Source of the DNA: a virus
Virus record (IMG/VR): IMGVR_UViG_3300045988_079610
Length of the DNA: 64,000 nt
Strand: one strand, 5' to 3'
Position 1 is the first letter of the stretch, and the number at the start of each line of letters is the position of its first letter. Of the stretch, positions 39,160 to 45,966 are shown in pieces. Below the pieces are notes generated by a model. It worked only from the letters and a program-made list of their open reading frames with translations. It made no database searches and was not told where the DNA came from. The position numbers were made by a program, and so were the translations under genes.

Positions 39160-39543
39160 TTACAAGACATTAAGATTAATACAATCATCAAAAACACATA
39201 AATCAAAACCAATAACATACTGATAATGAATAGTATATTGATTAGTTTTGAAAACTTGTTCAGGTGAAATGTCATTTCAATGAAGATTAATATCATCATT
39301 ATAAATGCTGAAAATAAAGTCAGTAAAAATATAAAGTTTGGTATAAACATGAGTATAAACATTATTAGAAGAATGAAGATTATAATAAAGAGTAGATAAA
39401 AGTGTAGTAGGAGGGATACTCTCAGCAACACTTTCATCTACATCTTTTCATGTAGCAACATTAGTAGCTCATATTACAACACGACCAATATTGTCATTCC
39501 AATCATACTAATTACTCCAAGAATAATCTCAAAGTAAGCACAT
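39160..39543 (-). pseudogene. codon-optimal ORF interrupted by 4 TGA and 1 TAG (pseudogene or read-through gene)
   Basis: 128-codon frame from ATG 39543 to TAA 39160-39162 with strong NNT bias and no TAA. The only interruptions are TGA x4 and TAG x1. The track ORF 39153..39437 is its +1 shadow frame. Confidence 0.5.
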
Positions 39544-39581
39544 TTATTATATTCTTTTTGATTAAACATATCTTTATTATT

Positions 39582-39806
39582 TTATTTCATTCCAACAACA
39601 GCTCTTTTATCCGTAAATTGAATACCGATTATATCATCAAGTTCAATACTGATTTGACCTTTATTGCTATCTATACAAACATAGTTAATAGCTAAGTTTA
39701 GAACATAGCAATCATTAAAGACATTTTTATCAGTTACAATAGTTAAACTACTATCATTAACAACTTGATAAGCCATCAAAATACTAATTATTAAAACTTT
39801 ATTCAT
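39582..39806 (-). CDS. small secreted/membrane-anchored protein
   Basis: Signal-like N-terminus MNKVLIISILMAYQ. Confidence 0.55.
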   Translation of the reverse strand: MNKVLIISILMAYQVVNDSSLTIVTDKNVFNDCYVLNLAINYVCIDSNKGQISIELDDIIGIQFTDKRAVVGMK

Positions 39807-39809
39807 ATC

Positions 39810-39908
39810 TCAAACTCCTTCTCTATTTATATGATTATAAGGATATTCATAATCATTAATATTATCATAAATATCCTCATAATCAATGTTATTACTACTA
39901 TTTTCCAT
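39810..39908 (-). CDS. small acidic peptide (32 aa)
   Basis: MENSSNNIDYEDIYDNINDYEYPYNHINREGV. Its TGA stop is in frame with the ATG of 39582..39806, one codon downstream. Confidence 0.3.
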   Translation of the reverse strand: MENSSNNIDYEDIYDNINDYEYPYNHINREGV

Positions 39909-40079
39909 TTAAATACAATCGAAAACTTCATCAACACAAAGTTTCAATTCATCATCGTAAGTATTATATTCTGCTTTACGTTTATCATTAGCCCATTTAA
40001 TGTCTTCTGAATCACCATTTAAAGCACTTATATAATTACGTACAATTGTTCTACCTTCATTAGAATTTAATTTTATCAT
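39909..40079 (-). CDS. small hypothetical protein (56 aa)
   Basis: MIKLNSNEGRTIVRNYISALNGDSEDIKWANDKRKAEYNTYDDELKLCVDEVFDCI. Shared AAGGAG leader. Confidence 0.5.
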   Translation of the reverse strand: MIKLNSNEGRTIVRNYISALNGDSEDIKWANDKRKAEYNTYDDELKLCVDEVFDCI

Positions 40080-40252
40080 AATAAGTTCTCCTTATTTATT
40101 AGTTATGTCGTTGTTATATTTAGTTGCTCAACGACTATTTGCAACATTGCCAATATCAAATGTTCAAAGACTTACCTGACAATATAGAAAGTCTTGAGGA
40201 ATAATCATGATAAAACACTTATCAGACAACATAGAAGTTTTCGATTATCCCT

Positions 40253-40303
40253 AACTTAATAATATAGTGGATGAGGTACAACTTAATTATATAGTGTATG
40301 AGT
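40253..40303 (+). repeat. direct repeats R1 and R2 (AACTTAATNATATAGTGNATGAG)
   Basis: AACTTAATAATATAGTGGATGAGG at 40253-40276 and AACTTAATTATATAGTGTATGAGT at 40280-40303. Confidence 0.8.
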
Positions 40304-40582
40304 TGAACATTTGTCATTTGCAGCATGAGTTTGAGCTGTGAAACAATTTGTTCCACATAAAGACAAATTAGTCTTTATGTGAGTAAGTTCTATTATGTTC
40401 TCAACTTTTACGGTTATTTCTCCTACATTAGAATTGTAAAGAGTAATAAACGTATTATCGTCTGTATCTATAATGCACATATTAACATGGGTAATTATTC
40501 TATTACCTTCATTATATTTAATATCTAACGTATTATGTCCAAATGATTTGGAAATAATATATTTAAATTTAGCCGTATTCAT
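40283..40582 (-). CDS. hypothetical protein
   Basis: 99-aa ORF. Its last ~20 codons run through repeat R2 and have atypical codons, so the true 3' end is uncertain. Confidence 0.5.
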   Translation of the reverse strand: MNTAKFKYIISKSFGHNTLDIKYNEGNRIITHVNMCIIDTDDNTFITLYNSNVGEITVKVENIIELTHIKTNLSLCGTNCFTAQTHAANDKCSTHTLYN

Positions 40583-40604
40583 ATCTTTTTCTCCTATTAT
40601 TAAA

Positions 40605-40636
40605 GTAGTCCTAACTACATAAGTAATTAGGACTAC
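40605..40636 (-). other. 10-bp perfect hairpin between the two first early genes
   Basis: GTAGTCCTAA / TTAGGACTAC. Only a weak T tract follows on the minus strand. Confidence 0.6.
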
Positions 40637-40645
40637 ATAAGTAAT

Positions 40646-41161
40646 TTAGATACCAAATGGATTTGCAACAATACCACTTGCCACATTTTCAATATATGGC
40701 TTTGTCATTACCATAGTTTCCAAAACCTTTTGGAACATAGGTTTAACATGAGGAATGATAGCGACAATATTGCTAACAATGCAATCTTTGCTATAAAGTT
40801 CATTACTTTCTTCTCGCTTTGTTCCCTTTGCATGGAAAGTGCGAGATACCTCGACACTTGCACCAATTAGTGCTAAACTAACAATTTGTGGATTGATGTT
40901 TCTACCCATGGCAAGAGCATTTGCCAAACCTATAGCCTCAACTTTGTCGCCAATTTGGTTTACCAAATTACGGATATTAATACCAAAACCGCTTTTAGTA
41001 ATCTCCTCGCCACTTTCAAAATCAATGCTTGTAAATGGCTCACAATCCAAAGAAATTGTCACACGTCCATCGATACCCTTTGGCAAAGTAACGGCAACAA
41101 TGTTACCTTTGACGTTTGGATAATTTCTTGTTTCCTCACTCTTTACACTTTTTGTGCTCAT
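40646..41161 (-). CDS. first early gene, compositionally atypical hypothetical protein
   Basis: 171 aa, visibly higher G+C and different codon choice (GTC, ATC, TTC, AAG, GCC, CTC). Long antisense shadow ORFs in the track are consistent with this. Confidence 0.8.
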   Translation of the reverse strand: MSTKSVKSEETRNYPNVKGNIVAVTLPKGIDGRVTISLDCEPFTSIDFESGEEITKSGFGINIRNLVNQIGDKVEAIGLANALAMGRNINPQIVSLALIGASVEVSRTFHAKGTKREESNELYSKDCIVSNIVAIIPHVKPMFQKVLETMVMTKPYIENVASGIVANPFGI

Positions 41162-41241
41162 AACTTTTTGATTTAAATTGTTTGTAATGTTATTTGCTTT
41201 GTCCTCATTTCCATTTTCATTTTCGGAATTGAAGAGAGCAT

Positions 41242-41304
41242 AACTTAATCATATAGTGGAAGAGGAATTTGAGCTGAAAGCTCAACTTAATAATAGTGGA
41301 CGAG
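41242..41304 (+). repeat. direct repeats R3 and R4 with a central palindrome
   Basis: AACTTAATCATATAGTGGAAGAGG at 41242-41265, TTGAGCT-GAA-AGCTCAA palindrome, AACTTAATAATAGTGGACGAG at 41284-41304. Confidence 0.8.
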
Positions 41305-41372
41305 ATGAAGAAGAACTTTAGTTTTATCAAGAGTTTTAATTTCAGCAGAATAAAAATCATAATCTGTAGATT

Positions 41373-41388
41373 GATGACGGGGGAGTCC
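41373..41388 (+). repeat. degenerate GC-motif-like sequence
   Basis: GATGACGGGGGAGTCC (GAC in place of TAC). Confidence 0.35.
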
Positions 41389-41450
41389 AATTTCAGTTAT
41401 AAACAGGTGGGGGTCAAGTACATACCCTCTCCCTCACATTTATTTAATAT

Positions 41451-41495
41451 AATTATTACTATTATTATTACTATTATTATTACTTTTACTATTAT
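41451..41495. repeat. AT-rich 12-bp tandem repeat (ATTATTATTACT)
   Basis: About 3 units read directly. Confidence 0.7.
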
Positions 41496-41561
41496 TTTCA
41501 TCTTCATCTTTAATAATTTTATTTTATGCACAATTATCCCCATGTCATATTTAATATATTA

Positions 41562-41624
41562 TTCATTATCATTAGTATTATTAGTATTATTAGTATCATT
41601 AGTATCATTAGTATTAATATTATT
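41562..41624. repeat. AT-rich 9-bp tandem repeat (ATTAGTATY)
   Basis: Five clean units from 41571 plus degenerate flanking units. Confidence 0.8.
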
Positions 41625-41874
41625 GTCATTATATTTATCATCATCTTCTTTAATAGATTTATAATTATTATATTGACTTTTATTAGTATTAATATTAGCT
41701 CTATTATCAACATTATTATAACAATAATCATCATTATTATCTATTATATCTTCATTTTATCTCATTATTATTATTTCATTATTATTTCATTAGTATTATC
41801 TATATAAATAGTATGTGTTTTGTCACTATAAGTATTAGAAGTTCTAGTCGAAGCTTGAAGTATTAGATGTCTAT

Positions 41875-41897
41875 AAATCCCGCCCGTAGAAGGACTT
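41875..41897 (-). repeat. GC-motif copy 12 (intergenic)
   Basis: + strand AAATCCCGCCCGTAGAAGGACTT. A TATAGTGAC-type sequence lies about 45 nt away at 41823-41838 (minus strand). Confidence 0.85.
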
Positions 41898-41953
41898 ATG
41901 AATATAATATTAGTAACTATTATTAGTTTTATTAGTTTAAACTTTATGAGCAT

Positions 41954-41985
41954 AAAAAAGGCTAGCAGTATCGCTACTACTAGCC
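41954..41985 (-). terminator. intrinsic terminator (minus strand) inside the divergent region
   Basis: Minus sense GGCTAGTAGTA-GCGA-TACTGCTAGCC (10 of 11 pairs) followed by TTTTTT. Confidence 0.65.
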
Positions 41986-42480
41986 TCCAGGGTTTCTATA
42001 ATATCCACAGAATTTGTGTGAGTAGGGTCATTATAATTATAATTATTATTTATATAATTATTTATATAATTATTATTAGTTTCTTTATGACATAATTAGT
42101 CTTTAGACTATTATCAGAAACCCTATATACTTTGCTTCCTCAAATAGTTTCAAGACTTTCTGATAATTAATAAAATTAACTATCTTTACGAATAGTCTCT
42201 GCAAGCCTTGTCCACTAAGACCAGAAACCCCGAGCACATGAGACGAATCTCCTTAATCTCAAAGAATCTTAGCAGTGTCGCCCTACACCTTATATTACTA
42301 GCACCTTCGGCTCTTGCGCCTGCAATCTAACTAGTAACTCCAGCTTCACCAAGTCTCAGAACATTTCCTTATTTAGTACTCTGTTATTACCATCAAGATA
42401 ATTATCGTTATAATTAGAGCTTGAAGCCTACCTTGCGGCATGAGTTAAACCACTCGATGCAATAATACTAATTTATATTG
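41986..42480 (-). ncRNA. candidate structured non-coding RNA (family unknown) or origin-associated structured DNA
   Basis: No ORF longer than about 30 codons on either strand. 82 of 180 nt are G+C in 42181-42360. On the + strand C outnumbers G 55:27. Several perfect stems (42111-42120/42157-42166, 42296-42301/42331-42336). A minus-strand terminator lies downstream. Confidence 0.3.
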
Positions 42481-42541
42481 GTATATACAAGCTTTTAAAA
42501 CTATTTAATATAATTATTAAACTAAATACTAATATTAATAC

Positions 42542-42549
42542 TAATTTTG
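42542..42549 (+). promoter_or_regulatory. possible Bacteroidota -7 box (TAATTTTG) for the late block
   Basis: Perfect TAnnTTTG 33 nt upstream of ATG 42582. Confidence 0.35.
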
Positions 42550-42581
42550 TAGATGTATATACTAATTTAAATCATAATAAT

Positions 42582-43031
42582 ATGAATAGTAAATTTATTA
42601 AAAACATTAATGTTGCATTTGTGGATATACCTGCTTATGCCACTAGAGATTCAAAAGAAACTAATGGTTTTAAATTTGATAATGCTTTTGTTCAAGCTAT
42701 AAATGCTTGTGGAGCTAAATATATAAAACTTATTAGTTCTAGTAAATATTCAGAAGATGAATATAATACTTTACTTAGTGCTGCAAAATTTGATTTTGAT
42801 GTAGAAGACGTTGATATTGAAACGTTTACTGACAAACAAACTCAGAATTATGCTAGACCTGAGAATATAAAGAAAATGATAAATAGATATAAAGATAAAC
42901 TTAAAATAGGAAATAAAGGTTGTATTGTTGTATCTAATGCTTCTCTTTGTTATAGAGCTGGATTTATGGCTCATTGTTTTACTTATAAAAAAGATGATTT
43001 CATAAATCATTACTTACATTTGAATTGTTAA
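42582..43031 (+). CDS. hypothetical protein
   Basis: 149-aa ORF, first gene of the plus block. Confidence 0.7.
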   Translation: MNSKFIKNINVAFVDIPAYATRDSKETNGFKFDNAFVQAINACGAKYIKLISSSKYSEDEYNTLLSAAKFDFDVEDVDIETFTDKQTQNYARPENIKKMINRYKDKLKIGNKGCIVVSNASLCYRAGFMAHCFTYKKDDFINHYLHLNC

Positions 43032-43079
43032 AATTAAATAATATTATATTGAAATTTATTTGTTATCAATATAATTATC

Positions 43080-43087
43080 TATATTTG
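43080..43087 (+). promoter_or_regulatory. possible Bacteroidota promoter (TTTG at 43059-43062, TATATTTG)
   Basis: A -33-like TTTG lies 17 nt upstream of a perfect TAnnTTTG. Confidence 0.4.
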
Positions 43088-43202
43088 CAGCATGAGCACT
43101 AGTACCTACATTATTAGTATGAGGAGCATTAGTGTTTTAAAAATATTAAATAACTTAAAAGATAATAGTATTAATCTAGTTATTAATTTTAAATATTGAA
43201 TT

Positions 43203-43736
43203 ATGGTAAGTTTAAAAGTAAATTATCAAGGTAAGAATTGTATGCTTAATCTTCCTACTATGTTTAATGAAGTAAACATGGATTATCTTAAAAGTCTTGT
43301 TGCTAATGTAGAAGTCGCTCCTTATTATAGTCTTGTGGCTGTATTATTTAAAGAGCGTCCTACAGCAATTATTAGTAGTTTGAAACAAAATAAAGCAAGT
43401 AGTGTTCAAGGTGTTTCAGTTATGATTAAACAAGGTAATAATAAAGATTCAGAATTTATTAATAATATAAAAACTGGAACTTTACTTAATGTTTCAGGTA
43501 GTGATTTAGCTTTAGGTTATCATGTAGCTCCTAAATATAATAGTCTTAGTGCTACATTTTTAGCTAAACTTGCTATTAGTAACAAAAGTCTTTATAATGA
43601 TTGTATGTCTATAGACAAACCTACTTATTTTGTTGAATTTAAAATTATTCCTAATACTGCTATTCATGCTGCTATTAGTAATGATAGTAAACCTGTAATA
43701 GATTATTACTTTAGAGAAGAAGTAGAAAGTAATTAA
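43203..43736 (+). CDS. hypothetical protein
   Basis: 177-aa ORF. Confidence 0.7.
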   Translation: MVSLKVNYQGKNCMLNLPTMFNEVNMDYLKSLVANVEVAPYYSLVAVLFKERPTAIISSLKQNKASSVQGVSVMIKQGNNKDSEFINNIKTGTLLNVSGSDLALGYHVAPKYNSLSATFLAKLAISNKSLYNDCMSIDKPTYFVEFKIIPNTAIHAAISNDSKPVIDYYFREEVESN

Positions 43737-43750
43737 GACTAATTCATCAA

Positions 43751-43776
43751 CCTCTCTACGGGGAGGCTATAGTGAC
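43751..43776 (+). repeat. GC-motif copy 13 (gene boundary, TATAGTGAC tail)
   Basis: CCTCTCTACGGGGAGGCTATAGTGAC, flanked by the 7-bp direct repeat GACTAAT. The track's GTG start at 43772 lies inside it. Confidence 0.85.
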
Positions 43777-43794
43777 TAATCAGTGCGGAGATGA

Positions 43795-43813
43795 AGCCGT
43801 TGGAACAACGGCT
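43795..43813 (+). other. 8-bp GC-rich hairpin
   Basis: AGCCGTTG-GAA-CAACGGCT. Confidence 0.6.
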
Positions 43814-43849
43814 GAAGCTCCAAACGGTAATACTTATAAAATTAAAATT

Positions 43850-44338
43850 ATGATTAAACCTGATGGTACAGAAATAAGAAAGTTTCCTAATGGTTATGAT
43901 GTTAGAGTTGTAAGAAAACAAGATATTCTTGATTGTATAGATGAAAATATTATTGATAAAGAAATAGCTTTAGAACTTATAACTCAATGTGAAATAGATG
44001 CTTGTCAATATATTAATGAAGGTAAATGGACTGGTCTTCCTTACATAGGTTCTGTTAGATTAAATGATGGAGGAAAGATTTTAAGAGAAAATAAAGAATT
44101 ACTTAATGAAGCTAAAGAAAAATTAGATGATGATAAATATATATTGTTTAAGAAGTCTTTAGTTATTGAAGGTAAAACTAAAATTAAAAAGTCTAGATAT
44201 TTTAATTATATTGTTAGTATTTATGCTAATCGTAATCGAAAGGTTTATAAAGAACTTGTAGCTAATAATGGTGAAAATTTTGCTAAAGTTATATTATTTA
44301 GTCTTGCTAATATGAAAGTAGTTGGTGATAATACTTAA
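43850..44338 (+). CDS. hypothetical protein
   Basis: I prefer ATG 43850 (MIKPDGTEIRK). The track's GTG 43772 start would translate the motif and hairpin with atypical codons. Confidence 0.65.
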   Translation: MIKPDGTEIRKFPNGYDVRVVRKQDILDCIDENIIDKEIALELITQCEIDACQYINEGKWTGLPYIGSVRLNDGGKILRENKELLNEAKEKLDDDKYILFKKSLVIEGKTKIKKSRYFNYIVSIYANRNRKVYKELVANNGENFAKVILFSLANMKVVGDNT

Positions 44339-44348
44339 TATTAATGAT

Positions 44349-44963
44349 ATGATTAATGATAAACTAATTATAGATAAATTAATTACCATAGATGATAATG
44401 GTATGCCTGCTGCTCCTAATATTAGACAACTATTAGATGCTGATGTTAGGAAATTATATGAAAGAGATAAAACTGCTGATAAATCTAAATACATTAAAGA
44501 TTGTATTATAATTTATTATTTAGGTGACCCTAAATCTCCTGCTAAACAAGCTGGTCTTAGTGATAGAGAAGCTCTAAAAATGGCTTGTGAACAAGCTGGA
44601 GTTAAAGTTGAAGCTCCTGATATGTTAGTACTTAAAATAATAAAAAAGTATTATGAACAAAACATAACTGAAGCTGGAAGAGTTGTTGAGAATATTCTTA
44701 AAGGTCTTCATAATATTAATGTTGCTATTACTGCTATGAATGATATTCTTAATACAAAGCTATCTAAAAAAGAAGAAATAGATATTGCTAGTATGGGAGA
44801 AATTATTGCTTTAGTAGATGCTGTTAATAAAAAAGCTGGAGAACTTCCTACTATAATGAAGAAACTTGAAGAAGCTAAACAAAATCTTCTATACGAAAAA
44901 GAAACTGAAATAGCTAGAGGTGGTAATACTGTTTCTTCTAGTATGGATGCTAGTGAATATTAA
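44349..44963 (+). CDS. hypothetical protein
   Basis: ATG at 44349 (MINDKLIIDK). The track ORF starts at TTG 44322. Confidence 0.65.
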   Translation: MINDKLIIDKLITIDDNGMPAAPNIRQLLDADVRKLYERDKTADKSKYIKDCIIIYYLGDPKSPAKQAGLSDREALKMACEQAGVKVEAPDMLVLKIIKKYYEQNITEAGRVVENILKGLHNINVAITAMNDILNTKLSKKEEIDIASMGEIIALVDAVNKKAGELPTIMKKLEEAKQNLLYEKETEIARGGNTVSSSMDASEY

Positions 44964-44972
44964 ACTTTGCTT

Positions 44973-45965
44973 ATGAATAGTATTTATAATGATAATTTCC
45001 TTTATTTCCAAGAAGAAGGTCATAAATATAATGATACTTATGGAAACGAATATACTTCTGTTACTACTATAATAGGAGATTATGCACCTAAGTTTGATAA
45101 AAAATATTGGCTTCATAAAAAAGCTCAAGAACTTGGAATAAGTGAAAAAGAACTTGAGAAACGTTGGAAAGATATTACAACAGAAGCTTGTAATAGAGGA
45201 AGTAGAACTCATAATGGTCTTGAAGATGGAATTAAAGGTAATAGTATGTTTAAAAATGCTATTCAATATTTAACTAAAGTTGAAACTGGCAGATGTATTA
45301 CTGTTGCTGATATTCCAAATCTTAAAGCTCATCCTTTAGATATTGAAGGATTTAAAGAAGCAACTAATAATAAATATCAGAAGATATATGATGTTTTTGA
45401 TTATTATATAAATAAAGGTTATACTATATATTCAGAAATAGGTGTCTTTCTTCCTGAACTTCTAATTAGTGGAACTATTGATGTTTTGGCTATTAGACCT
45501 GATAAATTTGTAATTCTTGATTGGAAAACAAATAAAGATGGTCTTCATTTTACAAGTGGATATTATAAAAAGGATAAAACTTCTAAACCTGTTCAACTCA
45601 CAAATCAATGGGTTGATAAAGATGAAAAGATGCTTCCTCCTTTTAATACACTTCCAGAATGTAATGGTAGTCATTATACAATACAACTTTCTACTTATGC
45701 TAGAATGGTTGAACTAATTTTAGGTATTCCTTGTGTTGGTTGTGGACTTTGTCATATAGGTACACCTTTTAAACTTAATAAATATGGAATGCCTTATCGT
45801 GATGAAAAAGGACTTTATGAAATAGATAAAAATGGTGAAGAAACAGTTAATTGGTATCACATACAATATATTAGAAATATGATTGATGCTATGTTTCAAG
45901 ATAGACGTATTTATTTAAATAGTAAAGGACTTCTTAATAAACAAACAGAAATAAATTTTGATTAA
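44973..45965 (+). CDS. PD-(D/E)XK nuclease (RecB/Cas4-like exonuclease fold)
   Basis: GTIDVLAIRPDKFVILDWKTNK (D...D-x-K) and YTIQLSTYARM (QxxxY). Confidence 0.7.
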   Translation: MNSIYNDNFLYFQEEGHKYNDTYGNEYTSVTTIIGDYAPKFDKKYWLHKKAQELGISEKELEKRWKDITTEACNRGSRTHNGLEDGIKGNSMFKNAIQYLTKVETGRCITVADIPNLKAHPLDIEGFKEATNNKYQKIYDVFDYYINKGYTIYSEIGVFLPELLISGTIDVLAIRPDKFVILDWKTNKDGLHFTSGYYKKDKTSKPVQLTNQWVDKDEKMLPPFNTLPECNGSHYTIQLSTYARMVELILGIPCVGCGLCHIGTPFKLNKYGMPYRDEKGLYEIDKNGEETVNWYHIQYIRNMIDAMFQDRRIYLNSKGLLNKQTEINFD

Positions 45966-45966
45966 T

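Noticed and set aside
39153-39437. 94-aa very hydrophobic ORF in the track.
   Set aside because: It uses atypical CTA/CTC/ATC/TTC/GTG codons. It is the +1 shadow of a frame with genome-typical codons (see the 39160-39543 finding). Stop-poor +1 frames are expected when third positions are mostly T.
9671-41161. Genome-wide TGA-to-Trp recoding (genetic code 4).
   Set aside because: TGA terminates many well-supported genes here: primase 22466, RecT-like 26454, SF1 helicase 32175, and several ATGA overlaps at 15867, 21609, 23692, 31123, 33641 and 34177. All large late genes are intact under the standard code.
41562-41624. Possible CRISPR-like array.
   Set aside because: The units are contiguous 9-bp AT-rich repeats without spacers, so this is a microsatellite and not a CRISPR array.
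41534-41760. Minus-strand Asn/Asp/Thr-rich frame (…NTNDTNDTNNTNNTNDNE) as a real low-complexity protein.
   Set aside because: It has no start codon of any accepted type. It coincides exactly with the 9-bp tandem repeat, and AAT/GAT triplet periodicity in AT-rich repeats produces such frames trivially.
42001-42009. ATATCCACA, an 8 of 9 match to the DnaA box TTATCCACA.
   Set aside because: It is a single imperfect copy. By my rough estimate several such near-matches are expected by chance in 64 kb.
41296-42095. Five overlapping track ORFs in the divergent region.
   Set aside because: They are translations of AT-rich tandem repeats (I/L/N/T/S low complexity), mutually overlapping on both strands, with no coding codon signature.
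42195-42215. GCAGAGACTATTCG...AAAGATAGTT (minus strand) resembles group I intron R and S elements.
   Set aside because: The two halves are only 7 nt apart, which leaves no room for P3'/P8. The region is not inside a gene, and no other core elements were recognised.
20036-43776. GTCACTATAG/GTCACTATAA (reverse complement of the CTATAGTGAC/TTATAGTGAC motif tails) resembles T7/SP6-type promoters.
   Set aside because: No single-subunit RNA polymerase gene is seen. Only three copies carry this tail. Their orientation relative to the flanking genes is inconsistent.
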